64,000 bases of DNA from Epithemia pelagica. Lineage: Eukaryota > Protista > Bacillariophyta. Shown piece by piece: positions 23,302 through 34,400 of this stretch (within the stretch, counting starts at the first letter, position 1; each line of letters begins with the position of its first letter). Where the stretch lies: NCBI GenBank assembly GCA_946965045.2, contig OX337238.1, positions 2,170,001 to 2,234,000 on the forward strand, given 5' to 3'. A program made the position numbers and the translations under genes. Below the pieces are notes generated by a model that made no database searches, had not been told where the DNA came from, and was given only the letters and a program-made list of their open reading frames with translations.

Positions 23302-26300
23302 ATGAGCATAGGATCTTCCCTCGTCTCCCTTGCGGATGTTCAACGCTTCCAAAAGCGCTTCGATCAAGCCTCGGCTTCAGATTCTTCCTCTGCTCTTTCC
23401 ACCCTCAAGTTGAAAGACGACGACGATGACAAGTACTACGTCCGTCTCTTGCCATTCCGAGATGGCGTGGATGAAGAGCCCTCGAATCTCTTCCTGTGGG
23501 TCCTCCATTTTGTTGACAAGGTCAAGATCTCCGGTCATCCAGAGCCCTTTGCTGCCTGCTGCACCTACTTTCCCCGTGTTACCACAAGTCTCGTAGCGGA
23601 CAAGTTCCATGATGCATTCCAGGCCTTGCCTGATGGCGCCGACCTCGATGAGGCGTGTTTCAAACGGTTGATTGCTATGATCTTCGAACCCAAGTTGACG
23701 GTTTCCGAAGTCAATGCCTTTCGGGCACACCTTCTTAGCGGTCCTCGCAAGCCACCTGATATGAACGTGGATATCCATTATCACACTCTCCAGAAGATTT
23801 CCAACGGTCTCCGTTACTTGTCTAACGACAACGCTGTCCAAGCCCTCACTGACGATGAGTTGAAGCAAGCCTTCTATCTCGGCTCTCCTGTTGCTTGGCG
23901 CAACAAGTTCAAGACGGTCAATCCCTTGGTTGCAGATTTGGTGAATCATTTCAACATCACCGACCTTCTTCATGCGATGCGTGGCTATCAAAAGGTCTCC
24001 CAAGAAAAGATGGCTGCCAATGCACAGTCCCAGGCCAAGTCCCGCAATCCTCGCGATGATTCCACTTCTCGCGGTTCCACGAAGCGTTTTTGCTCCTCTA
24101 ATGGTGGCCGTGGCGGTCTTCGCGGCGGCAATCGCCAGTCCAATGGTGGACGCCAAGCGTCCGGTGATCGTCCCGTCAATGACGGCGATTCCTGTCCGTA
24201 CAAGGACGCGATTCCTTCGCATGCCAATCATACTTGGGCCAACTGCATCTACAACCCGCAGTCATCCAATTTTAACCAAGAGCGTTTCAACGCCTTTCTT
24301 GCCCGTACCGGGTCTGGTCTTCGGACCCCTACTGGGTCTCACCCCAACAATGGTTCTCAGAACCAAGGCCGTAATGGCCAAGGCTCTCGTAGCCAGGGAA
24401 CTCCCTCGTCTGGAGGATCGCGCCCTATTGGCTCCAGTTGGGGTGCTGTTCCCCGTCGTCCTGGATCTGGCTCAGACCAGCATGCCTCTGAAGGCACCAA
24501 CACAGGCGACAATCCACCGGTTGATCCGTCGTTGGCCGAGCCGTTGCCTTCTGTGCAAGACGCGGCTTATCGTGCTCGTCAACGTCCTCTCGCTGATACG
24601 CGTGATTGGTCGAGTCTCCGTAATGCCGATCGCACGGTCCCCGGTATGTGCTCTTCTTCCTTTTTTACCTCATCCTCTCCGGATAATTCTCATCATCTTG
24701 ATGTTCTTTTTGCTCAGCAATGTCACATCCAGACTGGCCCTCCACAGGCTATGCCGGCCGAGAATGCCATCCTCAGGCCCCAATTCTCGAGGTCCGCGAA
24801 CAATTGTACAAGATCTACGGGCGTAACATGGACATCGCCCACATCTACGACTTGTCCTCCCCTGGAGGCAACGACGAATACTGTCGTTTCCCCTTATCTT
24901 AATCCTACGGATGCTGTCATCGCTGACATCGTTGATCCCAATAATGGTTTTTTATCTAACCTAGATCACTATGAAGATGTCTACTCATCTAGTTCTGTCT
25001 CTGACATTCCTAGTCTATCTAGTCCTCTTTCGGTCGCTCCCTCTGAGCCTCCGTCTGTTCCCCTCACCATTTTGATGGCTCGGTCCATTGGTGGAGTCGA
25101 GAACACCGTCCCGTTGCGTGCCCTGCTCGATTCAGGCGCCGACAAGACGATCCTGCACGCGCGCTGTCTTCAGCCCGGCATGCATCCACGTGTAACCAAT
25201 CGGTCTGTCAATACCACCATGGGTACGCGCGACCACGTCTCCGAGATTCTTCTCGAAGATTTGGTTCTCCCCGAGTTTTCTCGGACCAAACACATTTCAT
25301 ACCCCCTTTGGGCCGATATCTTTGATGCCCCCACTTGTCGTTATGACATCATTATTGGTCGCGATCTTTTGCGTCGTTTGGGCATTGTGCTCAACTTTCA
25401 CACTGGTCTCACAACTTGGGACTCCGTTGATGTCGCTATGCGCCATCGCGATTCATTCGCCACTGACCAGACATTCATGTCTCATTTCATCGACATCTTT
25501 GCCGACGATCCCATTATTGGTGATCAATTCCTCTTGGATTCGAACTACGTTCCTACGGATCTACAAGATCTGATTGACAAACAACATCATCTTACCGATG
25601 CCCAAAAGCAAGATCTTCTTGCTATTTGGCAAGACTGTGGCAAAATCTTCGATGGTGAGCTCCGTGAATATCCGGACCGAACGCTCCATCTTCATCTCAA
25701 GCCTGATGCCCAGCCTGTCCATCATCGTCACTTTTCAGTGCCCCGCAATATACATGATACTTTCACGAAGGAGCTGTGGCGCTTCGTCGACATCGGTATC
25801 CTTGAGCGCGTCGGTTCTACCGAATGGGCTGCTCCTCACTTTGCCATTCCCAAAAAGGATGGTCGTATCCGAATGATTTCGGACTTTCGTTCTTTGAACG
25901 CCCAACTCTACCGTCGGGTCTACCCCTTTCCTCGTATCGAGGACATGCTCCGTAAACGGAAAGGCTACAAGTATTTTACAAAGTTAGACATCTCCATGTG
26001 TTTTTACACATTCCGCCTCGATGAGGAATCCAGCAATCTTTGCGTCATTACTACGCCTTTTGGCAAATTCCGTTACCGTCGCTTACCGATGGGTGTTAAA
26101 CAGTCTCCTGACTTCTGTCAAGAGATTATGGAAGACGTCCTCAAGGACTTCAGCGACCATGTCGAAGTCTATATTGACGACATTGGCATCTTCTCCAATT
26201 CTTGGGAAGAACACGTGGACATCTTGTCCAAAGTTCTCCAACGTCTTCAAGACAAGAACTTCTCCATCAACCCTTCCAAATGTGAATGGGCCGTTAAAGA

Positions 26301-28371
26301 AACGGAATGGCTCGGCCATTGGCTCACGCCCACTGGGATCAAGCCCTGGAAAAAGAAGATTTCTGCCATCTTGGCATTGGCTCCGCCAAAAACCATGAAA
26401 GAACTACGTTCCTTCATTGGCATGATCAATTTCTATCGCCACATGTATCCGCAACGATCTCATATTCTTGCTCCCCTCACATCCATTACGGGTAACAAGA
26501 CCCTCGTTTGGTCCCCGCAATGTCAGCGTGCTTTCGACAAAGCCAAGTCCATGCTCGCACATGATGCCTTTCTTCGGTATCCCGACCATTACCTTCCCTT
26601 CCATGTCTATGTGGACGCCTCTGATTACCAGCTTGGTGCTGTAATCATGCAACAAGACGTTCCCGTCGCATATTACTCTCGCAAATTAAACCCTGCTCAA
26701 CGCAACTACACTACTATGGAAAAGGAGTTACTCTCCATCGTCGAAACCCTTAAGGAGTTCCGCTCCATGCTTCTCGGCTGCGCCGAACTGCACGTCCATA
26801 CGGACCATAAAAATCTTACTTACGCTACGCTCAACTCGCAACGGGTCCTCCGTTGGCGGTTGTTCCTCGAGGAGTATAACCCTATTTTTCATTACGTCCC
26901 TGGCCAGGACAATGTCATCGCCGACGCCTTGTCGCGTCTCCCTCTCTCTGAAGAGGAGGAGAAGAGTGTCTCTCCGTCGTCGACCTCCTCTACGGATGCC
27001 TCGCCGCATCCACGATCGCTCTATGATCATAGCGGACAACACTCAGTGTTGCAAGTGCCTCATGGCCCTAATGATGACCCCCGCTCTCATCACTCGCGTG
27101 ATCCTGACGCTTTCGAATCTCCCATCTTCATGGATGAGGATTTGATCGATGTCTACCTCAATCATCCTCCCATTAACGCAAATCAACCATTGCCCGTCGA
27201 TTACGCGACGATCCATCAACACCAACAAAACGATGCCGCTCTTGTGGCCAAGTTGACCGAACAACCACAGAGATTCCATCTCCAACCCTTCCCTACGGAA
27301 AACCCACAATACAACTTGATTTGTTATCGTCAGAATCCTAATGCCGCATGGCGTATTCGTATCCCAGACAGCCTCTTGGCCCATACCGTCAATTGGTATC
27401 ACCTGTCCCTCAATCACTTGGGGTCTACACGTCTTCGCGAGACGATCTCTATGCACATGAGTCATCCTAATGTGGGTTTGTATTGTGAACAAGCCGTGGC
27501 TAGTTGTGCTACATGCCAACGCTCTAAAGTCATACATCGCCATTACGGTGAACTCCCTCCTCGCGAGGTCCGAGGCAATCCATGGGCTGACATCTCTGTC
27601 GACCTCATTGGACCATGGAACGTTACCGTTCATGGGCAGAAATTAACATTTCAAGCCTTGACTATTATCGATAATGTCACTAACTTCTGCGAACTCATTC
27701 GCATCCATGACAAGACGGCACGTCATGTGGGTCTGCAATTGGAAAACGCGTGGCTCGCACGCTATCCACGTCCCGTTCGTTGCCTTTTTGATCAAGGCGG
27801 TGAATTTATTGGACATGCGTTCACGCAAGTTCTTCGAAACCATGGCATTAAGCCAGTGCCGTTGACGGCCAAGAATTCTCAATCAAATGCTCTTTGCGAG
27901 CGACTACATTTGACTGTTGGCAACACTCTTCGTGTGATCACCAACTATGAACCACCACAAGATGCGCACAATGCTGCACTTGCCGTGGATACTGCTCTGC
28001 AGACCGCTGCGTATTTCACTCGCACTGCCATTCATGGCGCCTTGAAATATTCTCCCGGCAGCCTTGCGTTCCATCGCGACATGCTGTTCGACATCCCGAT
28101 TATCGCGGACATGGAAACAGTCCGTCTGAAACGACAACAAATTGTCGATGAACGCGCTCGTCTCGCAAATCGTTCTCGTGTCTTTCATGATTACGCTGTC
28201 AACGATCGTGTGTTGCTCCGCGCCACGAATCCGGACAAGCTTGAGCTTCGCACAAGCCCCAATCCCTTTCGGATTACACAGGTCCATTCCAATGGCACTG
28301 TGACTATCCAACGTGGTCCCCACGTCACTGAACGAATCAACATTCGTCGTCTTGTTCCATTTCGTGAATAA
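23302..28371 (+). CDS. Gypsy gag-pol polyprotein (Gag-PR-RT-RNase H-IN), 1689 aa
   Basis: PR LLDSGAD. RT PKKDG...DFRSLN, LPMG, YIDD. RNase H DASDYQLG, EKELL, TDHKNL, DALSRL. Integrase H-H-C-C, DLIGP, DQGGEF, SNALCER. RT precedes IN, which is the gypsy order. Confidence 0.97.
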   Translation: MSIGSSLVSLADVQRFQKRFDQASASDSSSALSTLKLKDDDDDKYYVRLLPFRDGVDEEPSNLFLWVLHFVDKVKISGHPEPFAACCTYFPRVTTSLVADKFHDAFQALPDGADLDEACFKRLIAMIFEPKLTVSEVNAFRAHLLSGPRKPPDMNVDIHYHTLQKISNGLRYLSNDNAVQALTDDELKQAFYLGSPVAWRNKFKTVNPLVADLVNHFNITDLLHAMRGYQKVSQEKMAANAQSQAKSRNPRDDSTSRGSTKRFCSSNGGRGGLRGGNRQSNGGRQASGDRPVNDGDSCPYKDAIPSHANHTWANCIYNPQSSNFNQERFNAFLARTGSGLRTPTGSHPNNGSQNQGRNGQGSRSQGTPSSGGSRPIGSSWGAVPRRPGSGSDQHASEGTNTGDNPPVDPSLAEPLPSVQDAAYRARQRPLADTRDWSSLRNADRTVPGMCSSSFFTSSSPDNSHHLDVLFAQQCHIQTGPPQAMPAENAILRPQFSRSANNCTRSTGVTWTSPTSTTCPPLEATTNTVVSPYLNPTDAVIADIVDPNNGFLSNLDHYEDVYSSSSVSDIPSLSSPLSVAPSEPPSVPLTILMARSIGGVENTVPLRALLDSGADKTILHARCLQPGMHPRVTNRSVNTTMGTRDHVSEILLEDLVLPEFSRTKHISYPLWADIFDAPTCRYDIIIGRDLLRRLGIVLNFHTGLTTWDSVDVAMRHRDSFATDQTFMSHFIDIFADDPIIGDQFLLDSNYVPTDLQDLIDKQHHLTDAQKQDLLAIWQDCGKIFDGELREYPDRTLHLHLKPDAQPVHHRHFSVPRNIHDTFTKELWRFVDIGILERVGSTEWAAPHFAIPKKDGRIRMISDFRSLNAQLYRRVYPFPRIEDMLRKRKGYKYFTKLDISMCFYTFRLDEESSNLCVITTPFGKFRYRRLPMGVKQSPDFCQEIMEDVLKDFSDHVEVYIDDIGIFSNSWEEHVDILSKVLQRLQDKNFSINPSKCEWAVKETEWLGHWLTPTGIKPWKKKISAILALAPPKTMKELRSFIGMINFYRHMYPQRSHILAPLTSITGNKTLVWSPQCQRAFDKAKSMLAHDAFLRYPDHYLPFHVYVDASDYQLGAVIMQQDVPVAYYSRKLNPAQRNYTTMEKELLSIVETLKEFRSMLLGCAELHVHTDHKNLTYATLNSQRVLRWRLFLEEYNPIFHYVPGQDNVIADALSRLPLSEEEEKSVSPSSTSSTDASPHPRSLYDHSGQHSVLQVPHGPNDDPRSHHSRDPDAFESPIFMDEDLIDVYLNHPPINANQPLPVDYATIHQHQQNDAALVAKLTEQPQRFHLQPFPTENPQYNLICYRQNPNAAWRIRIPDSLLAHTVNWYHLSLNHLGSTRLRETISMHMSHPNVGLYCEQAVASCATCQRSKVIHRHYGELPPREVRGNPWADISVDLIGPWNVTVHGQKLTFQALTIIDNVTNFCELIRIHDKTARHVGLQLENAWLARYPRPVRCLFDQGGEFIGHAFTQVLRNHGIKPVPLTAKNSQSNALCERLHLTVGNTLRVITNYEPPQDAHNAALAVDTALQTAAYFTRTAIHGALKYSPGSLAFHRDMLFDIPIIADMETVRLKRQQIVDERARLANRSRVFHDYAVNDRVLLRATNPDKLELRTSPNPFRITQVHSNGTVTIQRGPHVTERINIRRLVPFRE

Positions 28372-28451
28372 ATGGGTTTTAATGCTGGCCTCCAAGCTTT
28401 CCCATTCTTGTCCCGCTCGAACTCCCTAGGTCCGACCAGGGAGAGGTAGAG

Positions 28452-28668
28452 TGCGGTACCCCTATATGGATCCCGCCATACGTGTCGCCACGTTCCATTC
28501 CCGGTTCGCGTTCTTGACACTGCGACATGAGTCTTCCGCCACCTGGCTGTTCCTCCTCCAGTCATTTCTCGTCGCACGTGGCACTGTGGATTCCTCATTC
28601 CTCCTAATTCCTCGTAATTCCTAAAGATCACAATTTTTTATACCGTGCTAATTTACATGGGTATGGCA
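28452..28668 (+). repeat. Gypsy 3' LTR
   Basis: Direct repeat of 22958-23173, preceded by the PPT and followed by the TSD CCCGA. Confidence 0.95.
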
Positions 28669-29870
28669 CCCGAAGGGTACTGTTTTCACCACGCACCTTT
28701 TGACAAGGACAATGGACATGCACCATGCACCATCACAATGCATTCTCCATCATCTGCACACCATGGACATTTGACATATAGACCATAGATAGTGTTTTGC
28801 TCAACCCCCATCCTTTCTTTTTTTTCTAGGATAAATGTGCTTGGTTCTAGTGTTTGTGTCCGTTTAAAAGTGAACCCTCTTCCACAACACCGTGCTGTTG
28901 CCGTAGGCTTGTCTCTTAGACCTACCACAGTCCTATTTTAGAATACGTCTCTTTCTACTTGCGTTATGGAGCATGTAGAGTGTAGAGTCCCCTGCACTGC
29001 TGGGGAAGACAAGTCATGCTCATGGCAATAAAAAAAAGAACCAAAAGGAGCAGGTCGACATCGCAATCCACTAAAGACCCAAACTGAGCGACAGAGGAAA
29101 AATGGATGGCTTCCTCCACTTATCCTATCTACTCCTAATTGAGGTCTATAGCTATATTGTGTCCTATGAATCCAACAAATGATGCCAGCAGCCCCCAATG
29201 GCATCGACCAAAATGGATGTTACATGGCACAAACAAATGACACACTTTGGCAACGTAGTGAGAGCCTAAAACTAAACATTGTCCATTCCAATGCAAGTAT
29301 TAGTCATTCCAGAACTTACCATGCTGGATGCGCAGTGACAAAGATGAGATGAGATGCCCAGGGACGAAGCATGAGGCCGTTTTTGGTGTTGGTTTGGTCA
29401 TTGCCTCGTTTTGTTGCCTGCATCGATTTTGTGGCCTCTGGCCTCTGGCTCATCGAACACAATTTTGAGTCTTGTTGAGCAGAACGCCTGCCATCTTCCA
29501 ACTGTCACAGCACGCCAGCCTTTCCAGACGGATGTACAATACCAGCTAACGGTCATAACGTTTTTCTGGGGTCACGTGTCCCAACACCAATTTTGCTCCG
29601 CAGACTCATTCCCAAACCATGCCGGCGCCCATAGATAAAAAAATCCCAGACTTTAGTTGGACATTTTTCTTTTTAAGTCTATCGTTAAATTTCTGTCGTA
29701 CCACCACTCCCGTTCACTCATGATCCATCCAACTCGGAAGTCTCCCTCCGAGGCCATCGAGACCACCAATGGTGGTATCACAATGACAAACCATTGCTAT
29801 CGAAGCATCCAGCATCCATTCAATCAAAGAGTGGATTGTCGAATAAACTCTGTGTACAACTCTTTCGACC

Positions 29871-31349
29871 ATGCCGTCCCTACCCCCGCAGATCAATGCC
29901 CCTCCGATCTACGTCAAGGCGATTGACGACCATTTACGTATCGGAAGCTTTGTCCATGTGCACCTTGCAGAACGCAACTTCACCACCATTGCCCGCATCC
30001 ACTCCAGAGTCGGAAAATCCGGCCTTAGGTTTGTTGTATACCCCCCACTGTTCCCAAAGGACGACAAACCACACCCTTCTCACGGCCCCTTACCGACACA
30101 TCACTATCCTCGTATTTTGATTTCCACTGGATGTCGAAACGTCGAGTTATACCAATCCAGGTTGATTGTTGAAAAAAAACAAGATGGTGCATCCATAATC
30201 GTTTGCCCGGCCTTTGTGTTTACGTACTACGAATTCAAGCACCCGAAGAATGCCTGGACTCATGGGCTCAAGAATGTGTTCATTGTTCGCTTTGAGGCTG
30301 TGAAAAAAGATCCGGACAACCCCTCATGCCCCATTTCACTCCGAGAGGTCGACAACCAAGATCTTTACATTTGTTTCCCGAATGAACACCAGCTTCGTCA
30401 AGTGGTTGATGATGCCATTCGGCCTCCACGTTGTTTCCACCAATCAGCCTTTGTCGGGCTGTTTATGATTCGCAAGGCACTGTTCAAACTCCTCAACAAA
30501 TGTTCAGGACAGTCAGAAGAAGAAGAGGTCGATCGCGAAACCATTGGTCTCATCCCGACAGAAACCTGGACTTATATAGTCCATCTCTGCCGCCAAGAAG
30601 GAATGAAGACTCACGAGACGAAGGGTTCGGCATCATATCTTGATGTCGAACCCAATTTTACCAGGAAGAAGGTCCGAATGGAGTATCCGACGACCATCAT
30701 TCGGTTTGAATCGCCATCTGAACTTCAATTCTTGCGCGGACTTTTGGGATTTGGTTCGACATATGGCTCGACTGAACGAAAGCCAACGCTCAAGGATGGC
30801 CCAGAAGGCGTTAGTATCAAGCCAGACCACCGCTTGACTGTTGTCAATGGCGTAGTCTCCGAAGACAGCGACAACGAATCGAACTTTAAGGTTCGATCTC
30901 GAGCACAGAGAGTTGATTTGTGCTGGTCAGACTTTCACTGCCAGGTTGTTGTGGGCTACGAGCAATACCAATACTCCGTTGGAAACGATGGTAAAATCAG
31001 GAACGCTCCACCGAATCCTGCCATGTCGAAGTTGCTACGTGGTGATTACTCCGAAGAAGACCCGACTTTGGTGTCCTCGAAAGAGAGTTCGGTCAATTCC
31101 CCTTCCCACAAGTCTCCCCGTCTCAACAAGAACGATGACCAAGTTTTGATTGGCCAGCAATTCGCCGATTGGGACGACGAGAACGTGTACGAGGTCATTT
31201 CTGTAGATGATGGTTGTTCCGGTCTGTTTGTTCTTGCCCGAGTCATTGGAGGACCGTTGTACGACCATGATTTGTCCGACGAACATCAAAAGACTGAGAA
31301 ATGGGAAGACATTGACGAAGTCAAACTACTTATTCGCCAATACAACTAA
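29871..31349 (+). CDS. 492-aa protein with a BAH-like N-terminal domain, convergent partner of the RAG1-like transposase
   Basis: The ORF is intact. 'LRIGSFVHV...IARI...VELYQS...IVCPAFV...EF...VFIVRF' follows the BAH consensus pattern (by eye). A short beta-barrel-like segment lies at the C-terminus. Its stop is 83 bp from the transposase stop. Confidence 0.55.
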   Translation: MPSLPPQINAPPIYVKAIDDHLRIGSFVHVHLAERNFTTIARIHSRVGKSGLRFVVYPPLFPKDDKPHPSHGPLPTHHYPRILISTGCRNVELYQSRLIVEKKQDGASIIVCPAFVFTYYEFKHPKNAWTHGLKNVFIVRFEAVKKDPDNPSCPISLREVDNQDLYICFPNEHQLRQVVDDAIRPPRCFHQSAFVGLFMIRKALFKLLNKCSGQSEEEEVDRETIGLIPTETWTYIVHLCRQEGMKTHETKGSASYLDVEPNFTRKKVRMEYPTTIIRFESPSELQFLRGLLGFGSTYGSTERKPTLKDGPEGVSIKPDHRLTVVNGVVSEDSDNESNFKVRSRAQRVDLCWSDFHCQVVVGYEQYQYSVGNDGKIRNAPPNPAMSKLLRGDYSEEDPTLVSSKESSVNSPSHKSPRLNKNDDQVLIGQQFADWDDENVYEVISVDDGCSGLFVLARVIGGPLYDHDLSDEHQKTEKWEDIDEVKLLIRQYN

Positions 31350-31432
31350 CTCTATACTCTATATGACGCTTGCTCTTCTTCTATGATAATCCAATTAGTA
31401 ACTCTAATGCATTCGATTACTCTATCCATTCA

Positions 31433-34400
31433 CTACATCTCCACATAGTCTTCGTCTAGCGTCACAAAGTTCATCAGCTCTGAAAACTCGTCTTCGTCCG
31501 ATTCAGAGTCCGAGTCACTGTCATCGCTGTCTTTGTTACCTTTCGGCGGACGATCGAGCCCAATTGCCCAGTCGTCCTCAACAGGACCTTCCAAGTCCTC
31601 CAATCGAATAGGCGTGTTTTCTGTGACAGCCATTCCATATTCGATTGTTCCGCCATTTCGACGAATCCATCCATCGAACTTTTCAATCTCATCCTCGCTT
31701 TTGTCCAAATACTCACTCTTGATCTGCTCCTCTGTCGTTCCGACAAGGAAAACCATTCTACGTTGTAACCACCTCGCCATTGAGAGCATTCGACTTTTGC
31801 TCCCCTTTCCACCATTTACTGCCCCGCCCCTTTGTGTGCGAGAAAAGTAATAAGTTTTAAATAGACTGTTAAAGGCTGTTGGATCATTCGGTGAGTGGAT
31901 AGTGCAGTGATACAATACACAAGGAACAAACAAACGACTTACCTTCCCACCCCTGTTGTGAATGAATCCACAGGTTCCGCCAGTGGAGTAAGTACTCCAT
32001 CACATGGGCACTACCTAACATATGGGCGTAATTCGTGATGCCCTCTTCACCGTACAGGTCACACCAATTCGCGTAGAAGGTGTCCATGTCGTTCTGGAAG
32101 GACTTGATTTCCCCGTCGGTGAGATCGTGTCGGACGTTGATCTTCTTCAGACCTTCACGGAAGTACTGCACACTGGTACTAAATTGTTGTTTCTTGACTG
32201 GGTCGCTGATGCAGCGCTCAATCAAAAGGTCAAAATTCTTCAACACCTTTCGTATGCGGACATTGTCCATAGTAATGTCCCCGATCTTCTTCTCCTTCTC
32301 ATCAAAGGGCACCTTCCACTGACTTGGTTGGGTAGGGGAACCCAGGATCTGAGTCCTCATTATGTCAGCGATGTCGTACCTGAATTTAGCTGTAGCCACA
32401 TCACTATCGTCTTCCTTCTTCGTATTGGTTAGACCGGACTTAAGGCACATGTACAAGAACTTTATGCCCATTCTGTTCTCGAGATGGAGGAGGCATGGAA
32501 TTGAATCGAGCATCATAACTAAAGCTTCAAGTTTCCGAGACGACTTCATATTCTTCAGTGTCTCATTCGCCTTATGAAACTCCCATTCGGCAGTCAGCTG
32601 TGTCTTCAGACGTTGCTGTCTCAGTTCCAGTCTCCCCGAAATGTCCAGTCGACGGATCTTCAGGTCGTTGGTGATAATATTATTGTACTGGGATCGTAGT
32701 TGGAAGGAGGCCTTGGACAGGTCGAAAGGGATGCATCGAATGTCGGTCAATTGTGATTCACTAGGATTTCCCTTTGGGTCATGATCCATGTTGAGCATGG
32801 AGTGTTTCTTCAACTTTGCCAGGTCCTTGGACATCTCGGGCATCGTTCCCTTCCGGAAATCCTTCACTTCTTTCTTTAGTTCTGCCATATGACTCTCGGT
32901 ACACATTTTTACATGTCGACAAATGAAGTGGGGGTCGGTACTCTTGCCCAACATAACGCAGAACCGACAATCCTTCTTTTCTTTGTTAGTTCGCTGGTGC
33001 AACTTCCCACTCTCCGTCGCACACTTGGAACAGGGAAACCGGCGTTGTTTCGCTGCACCTCCACGGCCCATCAATTTCCAGTCACAGCTCATGTCACAGT
33101 TTGTGACTAAGACTAATTGCTTGATATCAAACTCGCCCGGTAGAACTTTCTCCACCGCCTCCCGAATTTCTTCAAACACCCTTGCGAAAATTCCATGTAC
33201 CATTGGTGTGGATTCCGGAAGGGCGATACATCCAATAGGGAATACAGAATCCCTAGATTGCGCGTAGGGATTGGATGGGTCGTTGAACTTTACTCCAATC
33301 AAAGTGTGAGATAAATTCTTGGTGAATAAGGCACCGTCCAGACTTTGGGCCAACTTGATTGCCCGCGTCAAAGCCTCACTATCCAGAACTTTCCCGGCTT
33401 TTAGTAAACACACTATAACATCGGCCGCACGGAAAGCAAACCCCTCGGTCCCATCCTTTTGGTTGCGCTTCATTACAAAGGGACACTGAGTACGCCCAAA
33501 TGCTTCCACCATTGTAGCGTACTTCTGCAAGCAGTTGGATGATGGTAGAAGGGTGCGCTGTTCGGAACGCCGTCCGTTTCCACCATTCGGAGTAACTCGA
33601 TGCCTTCATAGTTTAAAACTCCTCCTTTCTGATCCATTAGTTTGAGAATTCTATGGGGAGTAAACACATGATCCCTGACATACTGTCGAAAGACAGAGTA
33701 TGCGCATTCCTTGAGTTGTCCACCGTGAATTTCTTCGTCAAGCATCATTTCAGTAAGCTTATTAAAGAAATATCTACCAGACCGACTCCGTTCTGTCAAA
33801 TTCTTGGTCTTGTCGATGATGAAATCCCTCACCTGTTGCACGAGGGTGTCTGCATCACTTTCGGCTAAGCAGGATTGTGGACCAACCTTCATGGTGCATT
33901 GATCGCAAACAACAGACGACGATGTGACTTGATTCTTGTTGTACCGAGCTCTTTCTTCGGCATTTCTCAGAGCTTTTTCACGTTCTTGCAGCTTCCTTTC
34001 TGTTGCTTGTAGACGGTCTTGTGCTGTTCTAAGTTGTCTTTTCAGACGATCAATCTCAGCGAGCAAATCTTCTTGGGTAGATTCTTCAGAGCCTATGGAA
34101 ACAGGTTCCATGAGAACATCAGGAGATGACGGAGCAGAGTTCATGGATGAGGGTGTGTCATCTTCCAGCACTGTTTCGACTCGGATTGCACTGGGACTTG
34201 AGGAAGAGGATGGATTGGTTTCGGAATGGGAATTTGAGCGAGATGGGCTTGGTCTGTCTTGTTGGCCTGTGGTGGTTACTTCTTCGGGTACTACGGTTGA
34301 AGAAGTCGAAGGTGCTTGCGGTTGGCCAATAGGAGCCTGTGAAAGTGGGTCAGATGGTGAGTTTGGAAGGTCTGGGTTTGTGTCCTGGTCGTCCTCGTCT

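Larger units (their letters stand above)
22958..28668 (+). mobile_element. Complete Ty3/gypsy LTR retrotransposon
   Basis: LTRs at 22958-23173 and 28452-28668 (TGC...GCA). 5-bp TSD CCCGA at 22953-22957 and 28669-28673. PPT AGGGAGAGGTAGAG. One intact polyprotein ORF. Confidence 0.97.

Noticed and set aside
23377-24826. 284-aa alternative-frame and antisense ORFs in gypsy gag as extra genes
   Set aside because: They overlap the intact polyprotein, have no motifs, and are expected in GC-rich coding DNA.
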